DNA of 64,000 nucleotides from Verrucomicrobiota bacterium. Lineage in GTDB: Bacteria > Verrucomicrobiota > Verrucomicrobiia > Limisphaerales > JADLHS01. Numbering within the stretch: the stretch's first letter is position 1; each line of letters opens with the position of its first letter. A model generated the notes under the pieces. The model was not told where the DNA came from and ran no database searches. It was given only the letters and a program-made list of their open reading frames with translations. Shown here piece after piece: positions 24,496-32,558 of this stretch. Made by a program: the position numbers and the translations under genes. Where the stretch lies: positions 29,856 to 93,855 of the forward strand of contig JBDHQI010000003.1 in assembly GCA_039806955.1 (NCBI GenBank), given 5' to 3'.

Positions 24496-25695
24496 TCACT
24501 TGGAAACCGATCCGGTTGGTGCGTTGCTGGCAGACGGCGGCACCGCAGCCTCGGTCGTGGTGACTGCGCGTTTTTTCAGCAGCACCGCAATCAGGTTCGC
24601 CAGCAACAGCACGCCCAGCGCGAGGCCCATCCAGAGCAATGGCGAAGCCGCCGCGCCTGCGTGTTCGTGGTCGGCAGTCTTTGGCTCATCATGGGTGGCA
24701 GCGGGTGCATTTGTGCCGCCCGCTGCGGCGGGCTTGCGCGTGGTAACATATTGAAGCTGGTAGTTGCCGAGCGTGACGACTTTGTCGCTGGGGAAAATGC
24801 CCTCGACCACTTCCACGTAACGGTCGTCCTTCATGCCGAGCACGACGGGCTTTCGCTCAAACACCAATTCGTCCGTGTCCGACTGCACGAAGGCGAACAA
24901 GTTACCCGCCTCGCCAAGCACGGCGCTGTGCGGCACGGTTACGACCGAATCCGCCTCGGCGGTGACGATGTTGAGTCGCGCGCGCATGTTGGGGCGCAAC
25001 TTGAGGTCGGGGTTCTTGATTCGCACCCACACCTTGAGCGTGCGGGTTTCGGCATCGAGCGTGCCACTCAACAAATCCACCGTGCCGATGAACTCGTTCG
25101 TAGGATACGATTCAACCGAGACGCGAACCTTCTGGCCCGTTTTAATCGCGGCGATTTGTCCCTCGAAAATCCGCCCTTCGGCATAGACCTCCGACAAATC
25201 CACGATTTCCATCAAGTGTTTGTTCGGCTCAACCGAGTCACCTTGCACGGCGTGGCGGTCAATGACGACGCCATCAATCGGCGCGGCGTATTGCACGCGC
25301 GGCGGCGGGTCGCCGAGTTGCAGGCTTTCCACTTCCACGACGACCTGGCCTTTCTTCACCGACTCGCCATCGCTGACTTTCACATCAATCACGCGACCGG
25401 CGATACGGCTGCTGACGGCAGCGGAGTGATTGGGGATGATTTCGATCTGGCCGAAGACGAGCACGGTTTTGTCGAGCGTGCGCAACTGCGCTTCCTCGAC
25501 CACAAGCGCGAGGTTTTTCCTCGCCTCGGCGGTAATGGCAATTGGACCGGTGGTCGCGGCGTTGCCATCTTCGCCGGGTGCTTTGTTGTGGCCTTCATGC
25601 GGGAAGGCGGCAGGCGCGAAAGCGAGCAGCGCGACGAGTGTCGCGGATAATTTCAAATGGTTTGGTTTCATAATCGTTTCAGTCGGTAATTTCAT
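24496..25695 (-). CDS. RND efflux periplasmic adaptor (MFP)
   Basis: Biotinyl-lipoyl/beta-barrel MFP pattern (APIDGVVIDRHAVQGDSVEP..; VRVSVESYPTNEFIGTVDLLSG). The C-terminal TM tail is unusual. The start at 25695 gives an ATGA overlap with the tolC-like stop; an alternative start is ATG 25671. Confidence 0.9.
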   Translation of the reverse strand: MKLPTETIMKPNHLKLSATLVALLAFAPAAFPHEGHNKAPGEDGNAATTGPIAITAEARKNLALVVEEAQLRTLDKTVLVFGQIEIIPNHSAAVSSRIAGRVIDVKVSDGESVKKGQVVVEVESLQLGDPPPRVQYAAPIDGVVIDRHAVQGDSVEPNKHLMEIVDLSEVYAEGRIFEGQIAAIKTGQKVRVSVESYPTNEFIGTVDLLSGTLDAETRTLKVWVRIKNPDLKLRPNMRARLNIVTAEADSVVTVPHSAVLGEAGNLFAFVQSDTDELVFERKPVVLGMKDDRYVEVVEGIFPSDKVVTLGNYQLQYVTTRKPAAAGGTNAPAATHDEPKTADHEHAGAAASPLLWMGLALGVLLLANLIAVLLKKRAVTTTEAAVPPSASNAPTGSVSK

Positions 25696-26957
25696 TTCAC
25701 GGGCAGCACGGCGGCAGTTGCCGTTTCCCACTCGGTCTTGGCGCGGACAAATCCAGCGAGTGACTCAAGGTAGGAGAGGCGCAAATCCGTCAACTGTTGT
25801 TGCGCTTGAATGACGGCGGTGATGGTGACGAGGCCGTCGGCGTAGCCCTTTTGCAGCAGCGCGATGTTTTCCTCCGCGAGCTTGATGGATTCCTCGCGAT
25901 ACTGGCGCAGGATGTCGAGCAATCGGCGCATCTGGTTCTCCGCCGTCTGCGCCTCGGTGGCGATGCGCAAATCGAGCGCGTTTAACTCGGCTTCGGCGCG
26001 CTGTTGGGTGGCTTGCGCTTCGTTGACTCGACCTTGATTGCGATTCCAAAATGGCAGCGGAATCGAAACACCCACGCCAAGGAAATTGTCGGTCTTTGTG
26101 CCAATGGGCGCATCGAACTTGCCCACCGAGCGGCTGTAATCAAAGCCCACCGTCCAATCCTCCCACTTCTCTGCCTTGGCCAGTTTGATTTCCGCTCCCG
26201 CGCGGTCAATGCCGAGCGCCGCCAACTGACGGTCGGGGCGGCGGGCAATCGCCTGGCGCGAAATCTCTGCAACGGTATTCGTGTCAAACTCTGCGCTCGT
26301 CGCGCCGGACATCTGGAGCGGCGTTTGCGGCTCGCGCCCAAGCAGGCGGTTCAGCGTCGTCGCGGCGATTTCCTGCTGATTGCTCAACGTCGCCTGCGCC
26401 AACGCCAGCCTCTGCAATTCCAGCTTGGCTGAGTTCACATCAGCAGCAGAAACCTCGGCGACTTTCAATCGCTTCTCCGAAACCTCGATGACTTTTTGAA
26501 TGACGCCCTGAATCTCCTGATTCGCCTTGAGCTTCTCCTGCGTGACGAGTAGTTCGCGGCTCAGCCCAAGCGCTTCACCCGCAAGCAGCCGCTCCTGATT
26601 GCGCACTTCGGCCAACGCCATCGCCACGTCCACGCGGGCGACGGCCTTGGCTTTCTTCAGTCGTCCGGTGATTGGGAAGCGTTGCTTGAAGCCGGTCGCG
26701 AAATCGTATTCGCCGTCGTTGGCAAACGCGCTGTCGTTCTTCCCGCCAAGTTCAAACTCCGGATTGGGCCACAGCCCGGCCTGCTTCAGCCGCCCCTCGG
26801 CTTGGCGGATGGCAAAGCGCGCGGCGGCAAGATCGCGGTTCTCTGCCAGCGCCGTTGCCACGGCGCTTTCCGGCGTGAGGTTGGTCGCTATTGGCCCGGC
26901 GATTGCGCTGAACCCGGCCAACAGAACCACTGAATAAATTGAAAATCGTTTGAACAT
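25692..26957 (-). CDS. TolC-family outer-membrane efflux protein (CzcC-like)
   Basis: 421-aa ORF with a signal peptide and two OEP repeats. It lies directly upstream of the MFP and RND pump. Confidence 0.9.
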   Translation of the reverse strand: MFKRFSIYSVVLLAGFSAIAGPIATNLTPESAVATALAENRDLAAARFAIRQAEGRLKQAGLWPNPEFELGGKNDSAFANDGEYDFATGFKQRFPITGRLKKAKAVARVDVAMALAEVRNQERLLAGEALGLSRELLVTQEKLKANQEIQGVIQKVIEVSEKRLKVAEVSAADVNSAKLELQRLALAQATLSNQQEIAATTLNRLLGREPQTPLQMSGATSAEFDTNTVAEISRQAIARRPDRQLAALGIDRAGAEIKLAKAEKWEDWTVGFDYSRSVGKFDAPIGTKTDNFLGVGVSIPLPFWNRNQGRVNEAQATQQRAEAELNALDLRIATEAQTAENQMRRLLDILRQYREESIKLAEENIALLQKGYADGLVTITAVIQAQQQLTDLRLSYLESLAGFVRAKTEWETATAAVLPVK

Positions 26958-27046
26958 AATTCGTCATCTAAAATTGGATTTCGGAAATAATCTGCCTGTA
27001 ACAAGACAGAGGACTCCCCTGACACAAAGGACAGGGAACGGAGAGG

Positions 27047-27090
27047 AACTTGAATCAGGCCCGCGCGATGGCGCGCAGTTGATTCAAGTT
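27047..27090 (-). other. two-tier intercistronic stem-loop (11-bp outer + 5-bp inner stem)
   Basis: AACTTGAATCA (27047-57) pairs with TGATTCAAGTT (27080-90). Inner GCGCG (27063-67) pairs with CGCGC (27072-76). It starts at the stop codon of 27089-27550 and precedes the tolC-like gene. Confidence 0.5.
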
Positions 27091-27550
27091 AAACGAGGGG
27101 CGGAGCGTGACTGCGGAACGCCGGACCAAGGCACACTTCAGGCGTGAAGATGAATTCACGGTGTGGCGGTTGGCGCGAAATTGGCGCTTCGGACTGAACG
27201 AAAGTCAGCGCCTGGGACAGCCAAAGCAGATTAAACGAGAGCAGCTTCCCAAAATCAGGCTTGGTAAGGATGGTTTGGTGGGCCGAAGGCGCGGCGGCTG
27301 TGAGCGAAGAACAACAGGCATGTTCGTCGCCGCTGTTCTTGTCCGAATCGTGCGAGTGATGATCGGAATCTGCGGACGCAGGAGCAGCGTCGTGCTCATG
27401 TTGGACTGCACCGTCTGCATGATGATCTGCACCGATCAAGGACTCCACCGAGCAGAAGCCGGACGCAGCAACCCAGACCAATAGCGACACCACCGCACAG
27501 AGGCGAAGGGCCAGCGATGATTTGCGTTGTCGCGAATGGGTCATGCTCAA
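27089..27550 (-). CDS. His/Asp-rich membrane-anchored or secreted protein
   Basis: 153-aa ORF with a hydrophobic N-terminus (LALRLCAVVSLLVWVAASGFC), then ADHHADGAVQHEHDAAPASADSDHHSHDSDKNSGDEHACC. It holds the position occupied by small accessory genes upstream of czcC-type genes. Confidence 0.55.
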   Translation of the reverse strand: MSMTHSRQRKSSLALRLCAVVSLLVWVAASGFCSVESLIGADHHADGAVQHEHDAAPASADSDHHSHDSDKNSGDEHACCSSLTAAAPSAHQTILTKPDFGKLLSFNLLWLSQALTFVQSEAPISRQPPHREFIFTPEVCLGPAFRSHAPPLV

Positions 27551-27603
27551 TTGAAATCCGCCCGTATATTATTGAAATTGATTCTCACCGTCAACGCCGC
27601 TGG

Positions 27604-27894
27604 TTACTTCTTGGCCTTCTTTTCCTCCTCGGAAAGTTTCTTCATGTATTTGGCACTGTCCTTCTTGAAGTCGGAGAGGCAGCCCTTGCAGCAGAGTTTG
27701 ATTTCTTGGCCTTCGTGCGTGAACACGTAAGGATCGCCCATGCTGCCAAGCTTTTCGCCATCGGTGATGCAGGTCGTGAGCGGATACGGCTTGGGTTTGT
27801 CAGCTTTCTTGGCATCGTCAGCAAATCCGGCGAACGGCGCGGCCAGCAGGGTGGCAGCGATGAGTGCGGCAAAGGCGTGTTTCAATGATTTCAT
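27604..27894 (-). CDS. secreted YHS/TRASH-like Cys protein
   Basis: Signal peptide ..APFAGFA, then YPLTTCITDGEKLGSMGDPYVFTHEGQEIKLCCKGCLSDFKKDSAKY (C..CC-x2-C-x3-F pattern as in YHS/TRASH metal domains) and a Lys/Glu tail. Confidence 0.6.
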   Translation of the reverse strand: MKSLKHAFAALIAATLLAAPFAGFADDAKKADKPKPYPLTTCITDGEKLGSMGDPYVFTHEGQEIKLCCKGCLSDFKKDSAKYMKKLSEEEKKAKK

Positions 27895-27932
27895 GGCTTT
27901 TAATCTTATGTCGTGTTCAGACCGACGCTTGT

Positions 27933-27957
27933 ATTACGCCGGTGCGCGGCAAATCCC
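27933..27957 (-). promoter_or_regulatory. ECF-type promoter candidate GGGATT-N13-CGTAAT
   Basis: Minus strand reads TGAGGGATTTGCCGCGCACCGGCGTAATACAAG, 39 nt upstream of start 27894. It heads the RND operon 2 gene string. Confidence 0.55.
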
Positions 27958-28069
27958 TCAAAAATCTTTTGGCCGTGCCAGCGCATACCTGATCAGACAC
28001 CGGGACGGGCTGAAGATTCAATTTGACGCGGCTGGCACGCCACCCGTCTCATGTTGAGGGATAACCCGT

Positions 28070-29362
28070 ATGGACACGACTGCCTTGGTTGAATTGATCG
28101 CCCGCTACAAAGCCGACCCGGAGTCGGTCTATAACACCTGGTTCATCAACGGCGCGGAGCGCATGAAGGCGTTTCGCGCGATTCGACGCGGGGTGAAGGA
28201 CACGGTTGACGCCATCGCCGCCGGCACTTTTGGCAATGATTTCAAAGGCTCGCCGCTGGAAATCGTGCTCACGGCCATCACGGAGCAAAAGCAGGTCTTT
28301 GAGGGCGCGGCCCATCCGTTTTACTGGAAGCCCAAGCTGCGGATTCCCGACATTTACGAGAATCAGATCAACAAACAGAAGTTTGGCGCATTTCTGCAAG
28401 CGTGCCTCGTCGCGACTCGCGAAGACCAGGTGCTTGCCGAAATGAGTCGCCTCGGTTCGGCGCAAATCAAAGGGCTTGGCCCGGCGGCTGCCAGCATCAT
28501 TTACTTTTTACACCCAACGCTCGTTCCGCCGTTCAACACGGCGATGGTCAACGGATTCAACGCACTGTTTGCGGACAAGAAGAAACTCGGTTCGTGGACC
28601 AGCTATCTCGACATGCGCGAAGTCATCGTCCGCACGAATGACGAAGTGCGCGATCATCTCTCGAAAGACCTTGGCGCGTTTGCTGGTTTGTTATTTGAAA
28701 TCGGCAGTGGACGACTCGTCATCGCGGGCAATGCCGAGAACGTGCTGCAAGACGCAAAAGAGAAAGCGGTGAAAGTCGCCCGTGCTCGCCACAAAGATGT
28801 CCTGGCCGAACAAGAGGAAGAATCCGAGCACACGCGGATGCAACACCTGCTCATCAAAATCGGGCGTTCGCTGAAATACGATGTCCATGTCGCCCGCAAC
28901 GACCGGCATCGCACCTGTCACGGCGAAAACTTTGCGATGCTCACCGTGCCGCAACTACCACCGCAGAACTTGTCGGCGGAAGTGATGGACACCGTGACAT
29001 TGATTGACGTGATCTGGCTCAAGCCCGGCAACGGCGAGATTGTGAGCGCGTTTGAAATCGAGAAAAGCACGTCCATCTATTCCGGCATCCTGCGGCTGGA
29101 GGATTTAGCGCGCTCGATCCCCAACGGCGCGTGCCCGCTTTACCTCGTCGCGCCGAATGACCGCGAGAAGGAAGTCTTGGCACAATTGGCCCGTCCCGCG
29201 TTTCGCGCCGACCTTGAAAAAATCTCGCTCGCGTTTCTGCCGTTCAAGGAGCTTGCCGAACATTGCGACGCGCTTTGCAAGTTTGGAGACGACCACACGA
29301 TCTTGCAGAAGATTGCACGCGGCTTGAAGTCTTCCGCGCCGCCGCTTCAGCCGGCCAATTGA
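28070..29362 (+). CDS. PD-(D/E)xK nuclease-fold protein (restriction-endonuclease-like), solitary
   Basis: 430-aa ORF. The C-terminal HLLIKIGRSLKYDV...TLIDVIWLKPGNGEIVSAFEIEKSTSIYSGILRLEDL fits a D...(D/E)xK core (IDV..EIEK). The N-terminal ~230 aa domain is unassigned. It is the only plus-strand gene between 19.4 and 34.4 kb. Confidence 0.55.
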   Translation: MDTTALVELIARYKADPESVYNTWFINGAERMKAFRAIRRGVKDTVDAIAAGTFGNDFKGSPLEIVLTAITEQKQVFEGAAHPFYWKPKLRIPDIYENQINKQKFGAFLQACLVATREDQVLAEMSRLGSAQIKGLGPAAASIIYFLHPTLVPPFNTAMVNGFNALFADKKKLGSWTSYLDMREVIVRTNDEVRDHLSKDLGAFAGLLFEIGSGRLVIAGNAENVLQDAKEKAVKVARARHKDVLAEQEEESEHTRMQHLLIKIGRSLKYDVHVARNDRHRTCHGENFAMLTVPQLPPQNLSAEVMDTVTLIDVIWLKPGNGEIVSAFEIEKSTSIYSGILRLEDLARSIPNGACPLYLVAPNDREKEVLAQLARPAFRADLEKISLAFLPFKELAEHCDALCKFGDDHTILQKIARGLKSSAPPLQPAN

Positions 29363-29371
29363 GCTTCGTTC

Positions 29372-29869
29372 TCAATTTCCAACGCGACTGTAAGTGTCGG
29401 TGCGCGAAACGTCGTCGTGATTCATCATCTGCTCGCGCAGGCAGGTTTGCTCCTGCACCCAGGATAAATAGCGCCTACCTTGTTCCGGCGGCATGGCGCG
29501 GCTGACTTCAAAGAAATGCTTGAGCATCGCGGTCTGACATTCGCTTCGCATTTTGGCCCGTTCGGTGAGTGCGTTTTCAATTGCGGGCGTCAGGTCGGAA
29601 GTGGTGGCAAGCAATTGGCCCAGCCTGTCGTTCATTTGCCGGATGAGACGACAACGCTCCCGGCACTGCGGGAGATAGGCTTCATGCAATTTTGAAAGCC
29701 GCTCGAATTCCCCGTCGCTTAATTTGAACTCCTGCTTGAGCCAGACGAGTTCGGGTTGGCGGCTTTGCAACAATGCTCGCGGCCCGGTCGTTCCTGCCAG
29801 ATAGATGCAGTAATAGGAAGCAATTGCTGCCATCATACCGAAACCGAGAATCAAGAATCCGCGTCGCAT
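29372..29869 (-). CDS. membrane-anchored helical periplasmic sensor, CnrX-like architecture (copy 2)
   Basis: N-terminal TM (FLILGFGMMAAIASYYCIYL). It shares PEL.WL..EF, LH.AY.P.C.E.C, R.EC.TAML.HF and MPPEQG.RYL.WVQ.QT with 31666-32154. Confidence 0.7.
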   Translation of the reverse strand: MRRGFLILGFGMMAAIASYYCIYLAGTTGPRALLQSRQPELVWLKQEFKLSDGEFERLSKLHEAYLPQCRERCRLIRQMNDRLGQLLATTSDLTPAIENALTERAKMRSECQTAMLKHFFEVSRAMPPEQGRRYLSWVQEQTCLREQMMNHDDVSRTDTYSRVGN

Positions 29870-29872
29870 AGC

Positions 29873-30217
29873 TCACCTGGCCGCTTGATAGGGATCAACC
29901 GATTGCACATAGCGCTGGCTCATCTGTGTGCTAACTCGCAACCTCTCCTGCTGCGCCTGCGCCCACCCCGCACTTGCACCAATGACGAGGAGGATCGCCA
30001 CGTAGGAAACGGCCAACCCGGGGCGGCGCAACCGCGCGTCAACCCAGCGCGCGCAAGTCAGCCACAGGGCAACGAGAGTGGAAGGCTCGTCTTCTTGGCG
30101 CGCGATTTGTCGCCAGACTCTCTCTTGGAAACGCGGTGGCAACGTGACTGTGATCTTGCACTCGCGCAACAAGGCGCTCAATCCCGCGTCCTGCTCAATT
30201 CGTGCTTCGGCTTTCAT
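29873..30217 (-). CDS. single-pass anti-sigma-like protein, CnrY-like architecture (copy 2)
   Basis: 114 aa with LPPRFQERVW in the cytoplasmic part, one TM (LAVSYVAILLVIGASAGW) and a short periplasmic tail ending YVQSVDPYQAAR. Paralogue of 32155-32493. Confidence 0.6.
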   Translation of the reverse strand: MKAEARIEQDAGLSALLRECKITVTLPPRFQERVWRQIARQEDEPSTLVALWLTCARWVDARLRRPGLAVSYVAILLVIGASAGWAQAQQERLRVSTQMSQRYVQSVDPYQAAR

Positions 30218-30227
30218 TGTTTGATTC

Positions 30228-30257
30228 GGAGGGCGGTGGGTTTGAGCCGCGCCCTCC
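30228..30257 (-). other. GC-rich stem-loop between repeat-protein gene and anti-sigma-like gene
   Basis: GGAGGGCG (30228-35) pairs with CGCCCTCC (30250-57), 11 nt upstream of the 30217 start. Its position is equivalent to the hairpin at 32501-32525. Confidence 0.4.
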
Positions 30258-30287
30258 AGTTTGGTGGTTGCCGGTTTTGATTCGCTC

Positions 30288-30692
30288 TCACTTCAATGGC
30301 GCGATCTGGTAAGCGCCGTTGCGCTCGTCGAGAAACTGACGGAGTTTCGGCGAGGCTGTGATACCGTCATCGCCGGTCGCGCGATAGCCGACCTTGACGA
30401 CTGCTGTTCCGGGCATGCTCTCCACACCACGGCTGTCATTGATGAATTGCCGCAGTTTCGGCGAAGCGGTTATCCCATCCACGCCGGTGGCTCGATAACC
30501 GACGGACGCGACGGTGGCAGACTTCGCGCCTTTCACCATCGGCTTGCCGCGCTCATTCATAAACTGGCGCAGTTTGGGAGACGCCGCGATGCCATCATCG
30601 CCCACGGTGTTGTGTTGAGCCTGGCTTTGGCTGGTCGAGGCGAGCAAAGCGACTGCGGCGGCTGCAATCAGAATCAATTTTGTATTTTTCAT
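30288..30692 (-). CDS. secreted repeat protein (3x DGI(T/A)ASPKLRQF) with YQIAPLK tail
   Basis: Start moved to ATG 30692 (MKNTKLILIAAAAVALLASTSQSQA). Repeats are GDDGIAASPKLRQFMNERG, GVDGITASPKLRQFINDSRG and GDDGITASPKLRQFLDERNG. It ends AYQIAPLK. Confidence 0.75.
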   Translation of the reverse strand: MKNTKLILIAAAAVALLASTSQSQAQHNTVGDDGIAASPKLRQFMNERGKPMVKGAKSATVASVGYRATGVDGITASPKLRQFINDSRGVESMPGTAVVKVGYRATGDDGITASPKLRQFLDERNGAYQIAPLK

Positions 30693-30738
30693 AGTGTTAC
30701 TTTCGTTGGGTGCGCTTTGTTCGCACCATCCACTCTTC

Positions 30739-30763
30739 ATTACGCCGCAGCCGGGAAAATCAC
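30739..30763 (-). promoter_or_regulatory. ECF-type promoter candidate GTGATT-N13-CGTAAT
   Basis: Minus strand reads CGAGTGATTTTCCCGGCTGCGGCGTAATGAAGA, 47 nt upstream of start 30692. Confidence 0.5.
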
Positions 30764-30834
30764 TCGCAGGAAGGAAAAAGCCGTCTCGCTGCGAACTTCG
30801 GCAGTGAGACGGCTGAGAAGGAATGGCCTTGGGG

Positions 30835-31041
30835 TCAGCGTTTTTCGACTAGCGCCATACCGCACTTGGGGCAGCTACCGGGCTTGTCCTGCACAACTTC
30901 CGGGTGCATACCACATGTGTATTTGACGGCCTGTCCACTGCCTTGCGTGGAGGATTCTTTTTTGCAGCCGGTCGCACCAATGGCAATGACTGCGACTGCT
31001 GCAACCGTGAACGCAGCGATGATGAGTTTGGATGTCTTCAT
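30835..31041 (-). CDS. small lipoprotein consisting of one HMBD module
   Basis: [26 protein letters not shown], then a short linker, then [28 protein letters not shown]. Confidence 0.7.
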   Translation of the reverse strand: MKTSKLIIAAFTVAAVAVIAIGATGCKKESSTQGSGQAVKYTCGMHPEVVQDKPGSCPKCGMALVEKR

Positions 31042-31072
31042 GTTGTGTCGTTTGTGGAGTGAGGTTTTCGGT

Positions 31073-31669
31073 TCACGCGTAACTTTTCAGCAGCCAGCCG
31101 AGGTTTTCGCGCAAGAGTTTTCGGGCGCGGTAAATCCGCGTCTCCACCGCCTTTGGAGTGCAAGCCAGGATCGCGCCAATCTCCGCATGGGAAAGTTCCT
31201 CATATTCGGAAAGGATGAGTGGCGTGCGGAGTTCTTCGGGCAGTTGACCCACCGCGTTACGAACGGCTTCCGCCCGCTCTGCGCCTTGCAGTGACTCGCT
31301 GGGTGTCGGTTTGTCCTCCGCCACGCTCTCCCGGAAGCTCTCGCCGGTAACTTCGTTTTCTGCGTCCAGCGACACTTGCGGATGGCGCGTGCGGTAGCGG
31401 TAGCGGCTTTTGACGAGGTTGGTGGCGATAACGTAAAGCCATGTCGAAAACTTGTGGCTCGCATCGAACCTCGCGCGGTTCTGGTAAACGCGCACAAATG
31501 TCTCCTGCGCGAGATCAGCGGCATCCTCCTCGCTTTGCAAACTGCGGACCAGATAGTGAAACAGTTTCTCGGCGTGTCGCTCCATGAGATCGTTCAACGC
31601 CGCGTCGTGGCCGGCGACCAATCGCGCCATGTCCGTCCGATCCGGGTCGTCGGTCGTGGCGGAATTCAT
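31073..31669 (-). CDS. ECF sigma factor (CnrH-like position in a Y-X-H module)
   Basis: Start moved to ATG 31669 ([17 protein letters not shown]..), giving an ATGA overlap with the upstream stop. Region 2 is [42 protein letters not shown]. Region 4 is [33 protein letters not shown]. Confidence 0.85.
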   Translation of the reverse strand: MNSATTDDPDRTDMARLVAGHDAALNDLMERHAEKLFHYLVRSLQSEEDAADLAQETFVRVYQNRARFDASHKFSTWLYVIATNLVKSRYRYRTRHPQVSLDAENEVTGESFRESVAEDKPTPSESLQGAERAEAVRNAVGQLPEELRTPLILSEYEELSHAEIGAILACTPKAVETRIYRARKLLRENLGWLLKSYA

Positions 31670-32154
31670 GGTTTGTTCATCGGAGCGACAGACGGCGAAT
31701 CGCCGGGCATCATCTTGCTCGGCTTCAAGGTTTGCTGCTGCACCCAATCGAGATAGCGTTTGCCCTGCTCGGGGGGCATGGTCTGCGCGACCTTGTAGAA
31801 GTGGTCAAGCATCGCGGTTTCACACTCGGCGCGGATTTCAGCAGCTTGGGCGAGCGCCTGTTTGATCTCCGGGGTGATGATGTTGGTGGCGGCGAGCAAC
31901 CTTTGGATTTCTGCGTTCTTCGCGTCAATCGTGCGGCACATTTCCTCGCACTTGGGCGCGTAAGCATTATGCAGTTCCATGACACGCGCCAACTGCGCGT
32001 CGGTGAGTTGAAACTCCATCTGCAACCACGCCAGCTCCGGGCGGGTGTTGCGTTCAACAGAACGCTGTGCGGATGTTTTGCCGAAATAGATGCAAAGGTA
32101 GGCGCACACCGCGAGCGCCAGCCCGCCGAAGATGATGAGCCACGGACGTTTCAT
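31666..32154 (-). CDS. membrane-anchored helical periplasmic sensor, CnrX-like architecture (copy 1)
   Basis: N-terminal TM (WLIIFGGLALAVCAYLCIYF). Helical periplasmic domain with C-x3-C (PKCEEMC), AEC, HF and MPPEQGKRYLDWVQQQT. Confidence 0.7.
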   Translation of the reverse strand: MKRPWLIIFGGLALAVCAYLCIYFGKTSAQRSVERNTRPELAWLQMEFQLTDAQLARVMELHNAYAPKCEEMCRTIDAKNAEIQRLLAATNIITPEIKQALAQAAEIRAECETAMLDHFYKVAQTMPPEQGKRYLDWVQQQTLKPSKMMPGDSPSVAPMNKP

Positions 32155-32493
32155 TCAGTTGCGGGGCGCTTGATACGGGTCAATGGACTGAACGTAGAGA
32201 GAGCGCATCTTGGATTCGGTTTGCGCGGTCTTGTCCTGCGCTTGCAAGTAGCCCGCTCCCAAGCCGACGAACAGGAGCACGGCGACATACACGGTGGCAA
32301 ATGCCGGACGCCGAAACACGGCCTCAATCCAGCGAACAGCCCCGGCAAAGACGCTCTGCGGCTTGCTTGCTTCCGCCCGGTCAATGGCTTTCCAAACCCG
32401 CTCTTGAAAGCGTGGCGGCAATGATGATTGTGGCTTCCACTCGTGGAGCAGTCCGCTCAACTGCCGGTCATTTTCGGGAATAGGTGTTTTCAT
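32155..32493 (-). CDS. single-pass anti-sigma-like protein, CnrY-like architecture (copy 1)
   Basis: 112 aa with LPPRFQERVW, a TM (FATVYVAVLLFVGLGAGYL) and a tail ..YVQSIDPYQAPRN. Its stop abuts the next start (TGAATG). Confidence 0.6.
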   Translation of the reverse strand: MKTPIPENDRQLSGLLHEWKPQSSLPPRFQERVWKAIDRAEASKPQSVFAGAVRWIEAVFRRPAFATVYVAVLLFVGLGAGYLQAQDKTAQTESKMRSLYVQSIDPYQAPRN

Positions 32494-32500
32494 AACGTGT

Positions 32501-32525
32501 GGGCGGCGGATTCATTCCGCCGCCC
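32501..32525 (-). other. perfect 10-bp GC stem-loop between repeat-protein gene and anti-sigma-like gene
   Basis: GGGCGGCGGA (32501-10) pairs with TCCGCCGCCC (32516-25) with a 5-nt loop. It ends 8 nt upstream of the 32493 start codon and has no U-tract. Confidence 0.5.
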
Positions 32526-32558
32526 GCTAAGTGTCGTTTGCGCGCCCGACATTTCAAG

